A stretch of 64,000 nucleotides of DNA from a virus. Position numbers and translations under genes: made by a program. Shown piece by piece: positions 27,130-36,881 of this stretch (the first letter of the stretch is position 1; the number at the start of each line of letters is the position of its first letter). The notes beneath the pieces were generated by a model, which searched no databases, was not told where the DNA came from, and worked only from the letters and a program-made list of their open reading frames with translations. The stretch spans positions 32,001 to 96,000 of the IMG/VR virus record IMGVR_UViG_3300021425_004462; one strand, 5' to 3'.

Positions 27130-29030
27130 TTTAAAAAATTTTTCTTGCAACCTAATGGAATAAATGAAACGTTATCAGCGACAGCGTCGCTTCTGTAGTA
27201 TTGTCGAAATACATGTTTGAAATTTTTGTAATGATCTATCTCTGCGTAGCAATGTTCGTCACTAAGGTGAACTAATATGCAGTTTTTACATTTATTGAAA
27301 TATTCCTTCAGTGATTTAATTCGGTTTTTTAAAAATTGTCTAACATTTTCTTCATAAAGGTTTACATTTTTTGCATATATATCACTATATACTATAACGC
27401 TATTTTCTTGAGGGTTTTTCATTTCGATATCAAATACTTTTTCGGGATTCATGTCTTGAAATAATTCTAATATAAAATCTTCTTCATATAAGTTATTGTT
27501 TAAGAATACAATTTTTGCCTCAATAGGTTTTGTGATGGACCGCTTTAGTTTATGGAGATCTATCGTGTTTCCCTTTGTGTACATTTTATTATTAAAATCT
27601 TCTGATAAAGAGTTTATGAAAACATTTTTTCTGCCTTGACTAAGGAAGTAATCTAAGTATTTAAAATCTCCATAATCTTCCTTTTTGCCACAAGGAGGTA
27701 GGGGTCTTCCTGGAATTTTAATCCATAGATTTGGAATATTGAATGCATCAGCACAAATTAATCCATGTAGTGAGCTACTTACTATAGCAGAGCAAGAGTA
27801 GATTTTATCTATAACATTTTGCCATTTATCTGTGGGGTTAATTAAATGGAATCTATCGTCATCTCTGATTAAATTTTTAAAAATATCTATATTAGAAATG
27901 TGTGGCACTAATCCTATTTTTTTTCCCAGCTCTTTATTTTTTTTAGGCTTGTAAAACATGGGTAAAAGTAAAGCCGGGTCACCGAGGTAGGTATTGCTAA
28001 CATCCATTCCTGCTGAGCGTACACATTGGAGTGTTAATGGCCCCCTAACGCATCTGAATTCATTATTGAAATTTGGTATCTTTTCTGAGTGGTGGTGTAG
28101 ACCTGCACCGCAGACGATTTCTTTTTCTTTGAGATCGCCTAGAGTTGAACCTATTAGTTTAATTTGTTTATATTCACCTTTACAATTAAATTTTACGCTA
28201 TCTCCGAATAAAAACTTAGCGATGGGCACGTTTAACTCGTCTCCAAAATTGCCGAAACCTTTTTTATAACGCCAGTACGAAACGTTAGTAACTTCTTTGG
28301 ATGAAAATTTTTCTTTATCGTGTCTTATATCTGAGTTTTTATCAATTTCAGGGTTGTCATTTTTTTCATGTAATTGATATGACATTAATGGGTTCAGGTG
28401 GTAAATAGAATTTGGCGCAGAGAATAATTTGTTTTGATTGAAAAATTTTTGCATAAAGTTATCTAGGGCCTCATTTATTCCTCCTTGTTCTACCCACTGA
28501 CATAAAGTGGATGCTGCTTGCTTGCTTAGTATGTATGAGCTTGCGTTCATATGCCAATAATGATCATTTTCTGAGAAGAAATTATTTTTTTTAATATTAA
28601 AGAAGTGGTTATTGTATTCTTTTGTTACCTTATGATAATGAGGTTTATTCCAGGGTTGGCAGCCACCTAGGTATATTAAGTTATAATTATTAGGTATATA
28701 ATTACTGTAAACTTGATTCCAGGAATTGGTAAACCCTTTTTTAAAGACTACATCGTCTTCTAGTATTAAATAATTATCGGCCTCTCTATCTAGTGTTAGC
28801 TGTTTCCATAACCTGTAATGACTTAGAGCGCATGCTATTTCTGCTTTTGTTAGCTTATTGAAAGATTTTTTAAAAATATTTTTTATTTCTTGATTAAGTT
28901 CTAATTCTTTTGCGTTAATAGCTGGAAACCTTTCCGCTGAAAATGGTAGGTTTTTGTTTATATGATCTAACCTATCTTTTCGTCTATCAAGGTTTATAAA
29001 AAAAGATCTACTTATTCGATTTAATTTCAT
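27126..29030 (-). CDS. Multidomain glycosyltransferase: GT25 + polysaccharide pyruvyltransferase-like + exostosin-like N-terminal half
   Basis: FINLDRRKDR, EIACALSH, ILEDD; NFGDELN, VRGPLT, GDPALL, SSSLHG; HLSDE..FRQYY..IPLG. Confidence 0.85.
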   Translation of the reverse strand: MKLNRISRSFFINLDRRKDRLDHINKNLPFSAERFPAINAKELELNQEIKNIFKKSFNKLTKAEIACALSHYRLWKQLTLDREADNYLILEDDVVFKKGFTNSWNQVYSNYIPNNYNLIYLGGCQPWNKPHYHKVTKEYNNHFFNIKKNNFFSENDHYWHMNASSYILSKQAASTLCQWVEQGGINEALDNFMQKFFNQNKLFSAPNSIYHLNPLMSYQLHEKNDNPEIDKNSDIRHDKEKFSSKEVTNVSYWRYKKGFGNFGDELNVPIAKFLFGDSVKFNCKGEYKQIKLIGSTLGDLKEKEIVCGAGLHHHSEKIPNFNNEFRCVRGPLTLQCVRSAGMDVSNTYLGDPALLLPMFYKPKKNKELGKKIGLVPHISNIDIFKNLIRDDDRFHLINPTDKWQNVIDKIYSCSAIVSSSLHGLICADAFNIPNLWIKIPGRPLPPCGKKEDYGDFKYLDYFLSQGRKNVFINSLSEDFNNKMYTKGNTIDLHKLKRSITKPIEAKIVFLNNNLYEEDFILELFQDMNPEKVFDIEMKNPQENSVIVYSDIYAKNVNLYEENVRQFLKNRIKSLKEYFNKCKNCILVHLSDEHCYAEIDHYKNFKHVFRQYYRSDAVADNVSFIPLGCKKNFLK

Positions 29031-30129
29031 TTATTAATTTACTATATATATTTATATTTTTATATTCAAACGGACTAAATTGACTTAGGTGGGATCGAGC
29101 TTGCTGTGTATATTCACTTAAAGTTTTTTGATGATTTAAGATTGCATTATATAATTGATTGGATCCCATTTTGATGTCGTGTTTGCTATAATAATATCCT
29201 ATATCACATAGACTGGGGCAATTATGGATTAGGGGTAAGCCCATATATAATTGCTCGAAATTCGCATAATTGAATTCATTATCATTCTGGTGGCTAATAA
29301 CTGTACTACCAAACTTACTTAATGCATCGAGTGACCCCCATCTGTTATTAAAAAAACAGAAATTTTTCTTGCTTAAGATATTTAGTCTTTTTACGAAATT
29401 TTCAAAATATTTTCCAGTCCTGATTTTTTCTGCGCAAAAAGTATTGATAGCTCCTAAAGTGCCGGGCCTTTCGGTTTCAAGTCTTTCGCAAATCATTAAG
29501 GGGACAAAGCATGTTTTTATTGTATTTAAGTTTGGTTCGAAAATGCAGATTTTATTAACATAGTCAGGCTTAAAGAATGGATTTAAGTTTTTTTTATTTA
29601 GATCTTTAATTTTATCTTGAACAAAAGATGGTTCCCATATCATGGGAGTTACTATAACATCATCCATCCCGTAGTATGTTTTTATGTATTCTATACCAGA
29701 GGAGTGATGTGGAAGGATCCATATTTGATCTATATACTTATTGGTATCTTTGGGATTAATTTGTATATCTTGATTTTTATATCTTTCGTCAAATAAAGTA
29801 TTATATGTATCTATGTATAATTTATGACCAAAATGAGCTATGATAATTTTTAATTTAGGATTACGATCCTTTAATTCTTTATATATTTTTGCGGGGATAT
29901 CGTATCCCGCGATAATTAGAATGTCTAGTTTTTCGTTTTTATCGATAATTAAATCTTGTAGTAGCATACCCTTGTGCTTAAAATGCATTTTATTTTTGGG
30001 TATATCTTTAGTAATATAATAGCATTCATGACCTATTCTTTTGAATAAATCATAAAGGAAGACAATATTTTGCTGCATTCCATTTGCCCAGAATGCAATG
30101 GACATATCGAGGGTAATTCCTATTTTCAT
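29008..30129 (-). CDS. DUF2827 family protein (GT-B-like)
   Basis: FWANGMQQN, IWILPH, PMIWEP, IFEPNLN..KT...P.MICE, ISHQ..NEFNY, PLIHN. Confidence 0.75.
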   Translation of the reverse strand: MKIGITLDMSIAFWANGMQQNIVFLYDLFKRIGHECYYITKDIPKNKMHFKHKGMLLQDLIIDKNEKLDILIIAGYDIPAKIYKELKDRNPKLKIIIAHFGHKLYIDTYNTLFDERYKNQDIQINPKDTNKYIDQIWILPHHSSGIEYIKTYYGMDDVIVTPMIWEPSFVQDKIKDLNKKNLNPFFKPDYVNKICIFEPNLNTIKTCFVPLMICERLETERPGTLGAINTFCAEKIRTGKYFENFVKRLNILSKKNFCFFNNRWGSLDALSKFGSTVISHQNDNEFNYANFEQLYMGLPLIHNCPSLCDIGYYYSKHDIKMGSNQLYNAILNHQKTLSEYTQQARSHLSQFSPFEYKNINIYSKLINEIKSNK

Positions 30130-31202
30130 GACAATAATTTTTTATATTTCTCTATCACGAATGGATTGTTAGGTGAGAATTTATTAAGTATAGTTTCAGA
30201 TTGTTTCTTGTATTCTTCTAAATTTTTATCGTGAAAAGTTAACGCTAGCCTTAGTGCTTCAGCGCCTTTTTTCGTATCATATTCAGGGTAGAAATAACCA
30301 GCTGATTTTATATATTCAGAGTTATGCACTAGGGGGATATTGAAATATAATGCTTCAAGATAAGTATAATTCAGCCCGTTTAATAATTGATTTGATAGTG
30401 ATACTGAAATTTTGTTCGCAAATAAATTAGTTACTCTTTGCCTGTGATTGAAATTCACTTTTCCACCTTTTTGTATATCTAGTTGCCACATCATTCTTTT
30501 GAAGAAATTAGCTTCTTTTAGTTTTGATGTGCAATAAACATTTAATGATTCAAATAAACTTTTATCTTCCGAGTAAAGTTCTTCTGCTATCATGATTGAA
30601 GGTAGGCAGTGTTTTGTTGTGTTTAAGTTTGGTTCAAAAATTCCTATATGCTTGGGCTTATCTTTTGAATAAAAGCAACTTTTACCGGCTTTATTCCATA
30701 TCTTTTCATGCATTTTCATATATTGCGAACTCCATATATATGGAAGTTCGAGGACTTTTTCATTTTTGTAATAAGTTCTGAAATAATTGAAGGAAAATTT
30801 GTAATGAGGTGATACCCAATTTTCGTCAACTCTATATGGGATTAAGGGGGATGTTGTATTCCAGCTTGATTGTTCTATGTCAGCTAATAATCTATTTCCA
30901 TAGTGGACATGAATGTTCCTGCATGCAGGTTTAAGTTCTTTTATCTTATCTATTATTGAATGCTTTAGCATCCATGTAGTTTGTAGGACAGCATATAGAT
31001 CATCTATATAATCTAGTATTTCATGCTCTTCTAATATTAATATATCTGTAGGTGGGTCTACGCAATCATCTATTTTGTGATTTACTGCAATTATAGGCTC
31101 GAAGCCTATGTTTTGTAAAAGTTCAGCCAGGAATACAATGTTTTGTTGCAAGCCATTGCTGAAAATTCCGTTTTTGTAATTCGCGGTCAATAATATTCTC
31201 AT
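30126..31202 (-). CDS. DUF2827 family protein (GT-B-like), paralog of 29008..30129
   Basis: IFSNGLQQN, WVSPH, PYIW, IFEPNLN..K, NGLNYTYLE, PLVHNS. Confidence 0.75.
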   Translation of the reverse strand: MRILLTANYKNGIFSNGLQQNIVFLAELLQNIGFEPIIAVNHKIDDCVDPPTDILILEEHEILDYIDDLYAVLQTTWMLKHSIIDKIKELKPACRNIHVHYGNRLLADIEQSSWNTTSPLIPYRVDENWVSPHYKFSFNYFRTYYKNEKVLELPYIWSSQYMKMHEKIWNKAGKSCFYSKDKPKHIGIFEPNLNTTKHCLPSIMIAEELYSEDKSLFESLNVYCTSKLKEANFFKRMMWQLDIQKGGKVNFNHRQRVTNLFANKISVSLSNQLLNGLNYTYLEALYFNIPLVHNSEYIKSAGYFYPEYDTKKGAEALRLALTFHDKNLEEYKKQSETILNKFSPNNPFVIEKYKKLLS

Positions 31203-31212
31203 TGACTAAATT

Positions 31213-31217
31213 TACAC
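31213..31217 (-). promoter_or_regulatory. GTGTA motif 10 nt before ATG 31202
   Basis: Recurrent motif. Confidence 0.7.
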
Positions 31218-31219
31218 AA

Positions 31220-34183
31220 TTAATCTTCAGAAATAACAAAAGAAGCTGGATTTAATGTTGATGTATTTGCGGATCTATTTAGTTTATCTAAATTAAAAAT
31301 AAAACTTCCGTCTGAATCCGTAAGTCCGCTTGAATTGCATATTGTAAATTTATTATTCACATCGTAAGAATTATCTAATTGTATTCCATCAGAATAAGAT
31401 TGATAGGTATATATTGTTCCTCCATTTGGAGCTGTACCGCCTTCAGAAACATTTTCAAAAGTTACGTTACTAGTGTTTGAAACAGTAGTTCCTATGTTAG
31501 CAAGGCCTGCCCCTAAGCTATTTGGGGAAGCATTGACTGTTCTGGATGAGAATCCTGCAAGGGTATAATTTGGATTAGTTAAAATTGAATTTGTTGTAAT
31601 TCCCGCTAAATTAGTTGCAGTTACACTCCATGAAAAAGTTCCTTTTGTATCAGAGTCTGAAACTGTAATTGTATAAGAATTGCTTGTTTTTCCTGTTCCA
31701 GAACTATTTATAGTAAGAGTAGATTGGTTGCTTTGGGACGAATCTAGAGTTAAAGTTGGAGTGTTTAGCATTAACTGTGAACTTTCAAGATCGAAATTGT
31801 CTGATATTCCTGACGGTGAGCTTGATAGTTTTAAAGACAAATTGTTTATTGATAAAGTTAGTGGTGCGTTCGCTATATTTACTACATCTTGGAGTTGGAT
31901 AGTTATACCATTTGATGTTTTTGTTCCTGATAGGGTGAAATTGTCAATAGATATATTATATGAACCACCTAGTCTAGAAACCTCTTTTTTAACTAAAGCG
32001 TACCCGTTTGAACTAACCTTGGGTGAAGTATTAATGCTTACAGTTTGCGTACCCCCTGAAGTGGGTTGTAATCCACTATGACTTAAATTTACGCCAGATG
32101 ACGCAACTGCAGATAAATTTGGTTGAGAGTTGATGAAGTCTATCACTGGGCCGACATAGGGCCATCCAGCAGGGCGTTTTGGGAAATTAATTATAAGCAT
32201 ACTCCCGGAAGTAGTGACAGATGCAGGGTTTCCATAGTTAATTAAATTTAATCTAAGATTTGTATAGGCTCCTTCAGCGTAAGGTCCGGTCATGGTAACT
32301 GTTACTACCCCTCCGGGTTGATTTAAAAGTGTTCTAACTGTAAAATTTCCATAATATTCTAATTCATTGTCGAATTGACTGTTGGTAGAGAAATTTAATT
32401 CACCGGCTCCGCCTAAGTTGCTATCATCTATGTAAAGAGTGTCTATGTTATTCTTTTCAAAATTAATAGTAGCGGATTCAGAATTTTTTAATGCGCTTTG
32501 ATTAAGTGGATAATCTATTCCTAGTATGTTTAAGTGAGGTATTGATCCGTTGTTTAATGTCGCTGTATCTGATGTCGTAAACTTATCGCTCAGTGTGTTG
32601 AAATTGTTTTTTGCAATAAATGCCGCTGGTTGATTGCCATCTCTAGTTGAAGAGCCTATTGAGCCGTATACGTTTATAGGAACGGTGAATTTATAACTTC
32701 CATCTGGTAGTGTTGACTTGTTGTAATTTGAATTATATGATGACTGAGATCCATTTGATACACCTTCATTCCTAACCGATAAAGATATATCATTTATAGA
32801 AGACCCTTTTCCGTCTATAAAAACTTCTGATTCAACTATGTCTCCAGCTTTTAACTCGGATGAACCTATTGAATGTGGAGATGTAGCCGATGAAGCTATC
32901 GAACTTAATGAAGCTCCAGTTATCTGTGGACCATTCGCTATTTTTACTATGGCGTTTTTTCTATCAACAGCTCCGTTTCCAGATCTTACCGCAAATATTT
33001 CAATATTATTAGAGTTATTAAAAATTCCCTGAATATAATCAACTGTTTTTGTGGATTCGAATGAATTGGGATTGTTTATTGATACGTCTTGACTTGGGGT
33101 GTATAAAATTGAGTCTGTAGAACTATTCCAATTGGATATGCTATTAGAGAAGGTGGTAGATTCTCCCTCTCTTAGTCCATCAGAGCGACCGTTATATGAT
33201 GTTGGATTATTTATAGATATAATTGGGTAATCTTGGTCTACAGGTCGAGTTCCGCTTACGTTTGAAATAACTTCAGAAGAAACGGCTTTTCCAGTAGATC
33301 CAAAAGCGTTAACAGCTTGTAGTGATACTCCATATGATCCATTTACTATATTTGATACGGTAATAGGTATTGTCGCAGTGAAGATACCGTTGTTTTCGGT
33401 TAGCGCATAACTAGTGAAATTTATTTCTTCAGCTAAACCTGATTCTAAAACCTTAATAGAATCAACATCACTTGTATCGAAGTCTGCATAAATATTTAAA
33501 ATATCTCCTTGTTTTAAATGAGAGCTCCCTTGGTTTTGTCCGTTTTTCGGTGTAGAATTTTGTATAGAATCTATCCTGATTTCTATAGCTTCTGGCCCGC
33601 CTCCCGCTTCTGTTATAGGTAGAATAATACTCCTGCCATTTGCTTCTCCACTAAGTTGTGTTTTACCTTCTATGTTTACATTGTCTAGAAAACCAATAAA
33701 TCTTCTTGTATGTTCTCCTAGTTGCTGTATGTTTTCAAGAGGTATTTCTTGTCCTTCTATAGAGGCTTGCCCCAAGTAATCTCCATTGGGTCCATCCCAC
33801 TGCATTTCCACTTTTAAATTAGAGGCAGATGTAACTTCAACGGAAGATAGATATAAATTTGGGTTAGGGGTATTGTTGTAATTTTTATTTGTTACTCCGT
33901 CATTGTCTATAACGTCAGAAAAGAAGACGAATTCAGCTGAACCTGACTCAATTTGAGATATCGATCCACCTAGTGTTCTAACGTCTACTCCGTCTAAAGT
34001 TAATCCGCTAACAAAATTTCCACTAAGGAACTCTACCGAATCCGTCGTTCTTATGTTTTGGTCCATAGAAACACGTAAACCGCCGAAATATAGGTTATCA
34101 AAAACTCCTGTAGCCCAGGCTCTTGTTATCTTACCTATGCCACCTTCACCACTGTTTCTTGGAACTAAATTTCTTGTACCCAT
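31220..34183 (-). CDS. Large S/T/N-rich virion protein with Ig-like beta-sandwich repeats
   Basis: N-terminus like 23104..23619 (PR.SGEGG.G...W); repeated LK.G(D/E) and 'A.N..G' Ig-like motifs. Confidence 0.6.
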   Translation of the reverse strand: MGTRNLVPRNSGEGGIGKITRAWATGVFDNLYFGGLRVSMDQNIRTTDSVEFLSGNFVSGLTLDGVDVRTLGGSISQIESGSAEFVFFSDVIDNDGVTNKNYNNTPNPNLYLSSVEVTSASNLKVEMQWDGPNGDYLGQASIEGQEIPLENIQQLGEHTRRFIGFLDNVNIEGKTQLSGEANGRSIILPITEAGGGPEAIEIRIDSIQNSTPKNGQNQGSSHLKQGDILNIYADFDTSDVDSIKVLESGLAEEINFTSYALTENNGIFTATIPITVSNIVNGSYGVSLQAVNAFGSTGKAVSSEVISNVSGTRPVDQDYPIISINNPTSYNGRSDGLREGESTTFSNSISNWNSSTDSILYTPSQDVSINNPNSFESTKTVDYIQGIFNNSNNIEIFAVRSGNGAVDRKNAIVKIANGPQITGASLSSIASSATSPHSIGSSELKAGDIVESEVFIDGKGSSINDISLSVRNEGVSNGSQSSYNSNYNKSTLPDGSYKFTVPINVYGSIGSSTRDGNQPAAFIAKNNFNTLSDKFTTSDTATLNNGSIPHLNILGIDYPLNQSALKNSESATINFEKNNIDTLYIDDSNLGGAGELNFSTNSQFDNELEYYGNFTVRTLLNQPGGVVTVTMTGPYAEGAYTNLRLNLINYGNPASVTTSGSMLIINFPKRPAGWPYVGPVIDFINSQPNLSAVASSGVNLSHSGLQPTSGGTQTVSINTSPKVSSNGYALVKKEVSRLGGSYNISIDNFTLSGTKTSNGITIQLQDVVNIANAPLTLSINNLSLKLSSSPSGISDNFDLESSQLMLNTPTLTLDSSQSNQSTLTINSSGTGKTSNSYTITVSDSDTKGTFSWSVTATNLAGITTNSILTNPNYTLAGFSSRTVNASPNSLGAGLANIGTTVSNTSNVTFENVSEGGTAPNGGTIYTYQSYSDGIQLDNSYDVNNKFTICNSSGLTDSDGSFIFNLDKLNRSANTSTLNPASFVISED

Positions 34184-34192
34184 TATTTATAT

Positions 34193-34197
34193 TACAC
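34193..34197 (-). promoter_or_regulatory. GTGTA motif 9 nt before ATG 34183
   Basis: Recurrent motif. Confidence 0.7.
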
Positions 34198-34205
34198 AAA
34201 TTGTA

Positions 34206-35462
34206 TTAAAATGATATATCGTCAGTAAATGCTTCAGGGCCAGTATTGTATCTCCATATATTAGACCTTAACTCTAGGTCGTTTTCGCTTTTTAGTATCC
34301 ACATTGTATCAGAAATAAAAACATGATCGTTTGGTGTTACATCTCCGTCTTCATTTATTTCGAAGGCTTCTTGTAATTCGTACCTATTTAAAGATCCAGT
34401 TATTTCAAATGAAGTGTCATCTAGCCTCGAAACCTGTCTTTCCACAGATTCTATTTTAGAATCTAGTAAAGCTCCTGTTTGATTTAAATTACCACTGAGA
34501 GATTCTATTTTAGAGTCTAGGAAGACTCCTGTTGTGAAACTACCACTAAGAGATTCTATTTTAGAGTCTAAAAAGTTTTTTGTTTCGCTTAAATCACCGC
34601 TTAAAGATTTTATTTCAGAGCTTAGTAAATCTCCTGTTTGGTTTAGAGTTCCGCTAAGAGATTCTATTTTAGAGTCTAAGAAGGCACCTGTTTGATTTAA
34701 GGTTCCGCTGATAGATTCTATTTTAGAATCTAAGAAGATGCCTGTTTCATTTAGGGTTCCACTAAGAGATTCTATTTTAAAGTCTAAGAAGGCACCTGTT
34801 TGATTTAAGGTTCCGCTGAGAGATTCTATTTTAGAATCTAAGAAGATGCCTGTTTCATTCAGGGTTCCGCTGAGAGATTCTATTTTAGAATCTAAGAAGA
34901 TGCCTGTTTGATTCAGGGTTCCACTGAGAGATTCTATTTTAGAATCCAAGAAGGCGCCTGTTTGATTTAGGGTTCCACTGAGAGATTCTATTTTAGAATC
35001 CAAGAAGGCGCCTGTTTGATTTAAGGTTCCGCTGAGAGATTCTATTTTAGAATCTAAGAAGGCGCCTGTTTGATTTAAGTTTCCGCTTAATTCTTGAATA
35101 AATTTTAATACATTAACGCCGCTAATATGTATTGATTCACTGTTTCCAGATATAAAGTCGATTGTATCTGTATTTATGTGTCCAGCTTCTCCACTATCAA
35201 AAAATATCTTTAACCCAGATAATTCAGTATAGTTTCCTGTTTTTACAGAAAGAGTATTAGAGACTATATCGTCTGATATGGTTCTTGTGTTTGTTAGTAC
35301 ATCAAAAAAGCCGGAAGTAGATTCTAGTATGTACGAGTTTAGTTTTACTGTTTCTAACCTCTTGCCATCTATCAAGACAAGAGGATCTTCGGGTTCTTGT
35401 CCGACAATGTACTTTTTGTCCCCTATCCTTCTTAAGGATTTTTTAATTTCAAAGAAATCCAT
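34206..35462 (-). CDS. Coiled-coil fibre-like protein with 18-aa SG/TG repeats
   Basis: 12 units of ESLSGTLNQTGAFLDSKI. Confidence 0.7.
   Translation of the reverse strand: MDFFEIKKSLRRIGDKKYIVGQEPEDPLVLIDGKRLETVKLNSYILESTSGFFDVLTNTRTISDDIVSNTLSVKTGNYTELSGLKIFFDSGEAGHINTDTIDFISGNSESIHISGVNVLKFIQELSGNLNQTGAFLDSKIESLSGTLNQTGAFLDSKIESLSGTLNQTGAFLDSKIESLSGTLNQTGIFLDSKIESLSGTLNETGIFLDSKIESLSGTLNQTGAFLDFKIESLSGTLNETGIFLDSKIESISGTLNQTGAFLDSKIESLSGTLNQTGDLLSSEIKSLSGDLSETKNFLDSKIESLSGSFTTGVFLDSKIESLSGNLNQTGALLDSKIESVERQVSRLDDTSFEITGSLNRYELQEAFEINEDGDVTPNDHVFISDTMWILKSENDLELRSNIWRYNTGPEAFTDDISF
34452..35096 (-). repeat. 54-bp coding tandem repeat, 12 units (one is 51 bp)
   Basis: Repeated agagattctattttagaatc...cctgtttgattt units. 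Confidence 0.95.
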
Positions 35463-35467
35463 AAAAA

Positions 35468-36859
35468 TTAAAAATTATCGTATAACCCTGTTTCTTTGTA
35501 TGTAACTGCGTACTTTATAGAGAAACCTGATATGGTATGCGGTCTTTTAACATAAATTCTTCCGGCTTCATCGTTTTCTATCTTTACTGCCATATCTATA
35601 TCTAAATATATAAGATCTTCTGTTTTGGGAGACACGGGCTCAGAGTTGTCAAGTCTTCTTTCTGATGTGTGAAATTGTATAGGATAAGATGATTCATTGT
35701 GAATTACGACGCTTTCAACTAAACCTCTCTCATAAAGATCATTAAAGTCTATAAGCTCGTAAGAATTAATTAAGCTTGCGGATTTATTTTCTTGCCTCAT
35801 TCCAAATTCTGTGTCTGTATGGAAGCAAAATTTACTATCTACGCATCTATTAGGGTCTGTATATTCTGCATGAATAAAGTAATCCGGGTGACCTGTTTCT
35901 AATAATGATTTATTTTTTCTTCCATTTTCAAAATAAGTTCCAAATACATCATCCATGAGGTTGCGATTTTCTCCATAACAATTTCCGCTATCTATACCGT
36001 ATCTTTTTGTATCAGAAATAGATTCAAGAAGTAAAAAATCTTCTTCTATTTTTTGAGAAACAGTTTTCGTTCTAAGCTTCCATGGTTGGTATAATTCCCT
36101 TCTTTCTATTTGGTGCCATATGTCTACAAGTTTTCCGGAAATTCCTACAAGCTCTCCAGAAATACCCACCAATTCTCCTGATATTCCATGAGTGCCTTCA
36201 ACTAATTCTTCTGAAATTTCTACTAATTCTCCAGATATACCTTCCGTTCCTTCAACTAGTTCCTCTGATATTTCATGAAGCTGTCCAGAAATCCCTTTTA
36301 ATTCTGAAGACATATTATCTAGATTTCCTGAAACACCAGATAGTAATCTATGAGTTTCTTGATCTGAATCTATTTCTACATCAATGTGAATACTAGAAAG
36401 TTCTCCAGAAATACCCGAAAGTAATCTATGAGTTTGTGTGTCCTCATCAATTTTTACATCAATATGAATATCTGAAAGTTCTCCCGAAATTCCAGATAAA
36501 AGCCTATGGGTTTCTATGTCATTAGACAGAGAAAGTTGGCCAGAGATTCCAGATAAAAGCCTATGGGTTTCTATGTCATTAGACAGAGAAAGTTGGCCAG
36601 AGATTCCAGATAAAAGCCTATGGGTTTCTATGTCATTAGACAGAGAAAGTTGACCAGAGATTCCAGATAAAAGCTTATGAGTTTCTGTATCGCTGGGCTC
36701 AATTGATAAGTCTAAATTATCTATCGTTATTCCGCCAGCCGGCTCCCATCTACCACTAGCTTTATTCCACTGATATGAAAAAGTAGGCTGAGGTGATAGG
36801 TGATCTAATTGCGTTATATCTTTATATAACGGATTATTTTTATAATCTTCGTTGGCCAT
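35468..36859 (-). CDS. SG-repeat protein, probably virion-associated
   Basis: ETHRLLSGISGQLSLSND and GISGELV repeats; GTGTA motif upstream. Confidence 0.65.
   Translation of the reverse strand: MANEDYKNNPLYKDITQLDHLSPQPTFSYQWNKASGRWEPAGGITIDNLDLSIEPSDTETHKLLSGISGQLSLSNDIETHRLLSGISGQLSLSNDIETHRLLSGISGQLSLSNDIETHRLLSGISGELSDIHIDVKIDEDTQTHRLLSGISGELSSIHIDVEIDSDQETHRLLSGVSGNLDNMSSELKGISGQLHEISEELVEGTEGISGELVEISEELVEGTHGISGELVGISGELVGISGKLVDIWHQIERRELYQPWKLRTKTVSQKIEEDFLLLESISDTKRYGIDSGNCYGENRNLMDDVFGTYFENGRKNKSLLETGHPDYFIHAEYTDPNRCVDSKFCFHTDTEFGMRQENKSASLINSYELIDFNDLYERGLVESVVIHNESSYPIQFHTSERRLDNSEPVSPKTEDLIYLDIDMAVKIENDEAGRIYVKRPHTISGFSIKYAVTYKETGLYDNF
36130..36690 (-). repeat. 57-bp and 21-bp coding repeats
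   Basis: About three near-identical 57-bp units at ~36490-36690, then degenerate THRLLSG(I/V)SG and GISGELV units. Confidence 0.85.
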
Positions 36860-36869
36860 ACGAAGATAT

Positions 36870-36874
36870 TACAC
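36870..36874 (-). promoter_or_regulatory. GTGTA motif 10 nt before ATG 36859
   Basis: Recurrent motif. Confidence 0.65.
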
Positions 36875-36881
36875 CTTTTTT

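Noticed and set aside
34452-36690. Variable tandem repeats as CRISPR or DGR template/variable regions
   Set aside because: In-frame coding repeats; no reverse transcriptase in the window and no evident adenine-specific variation
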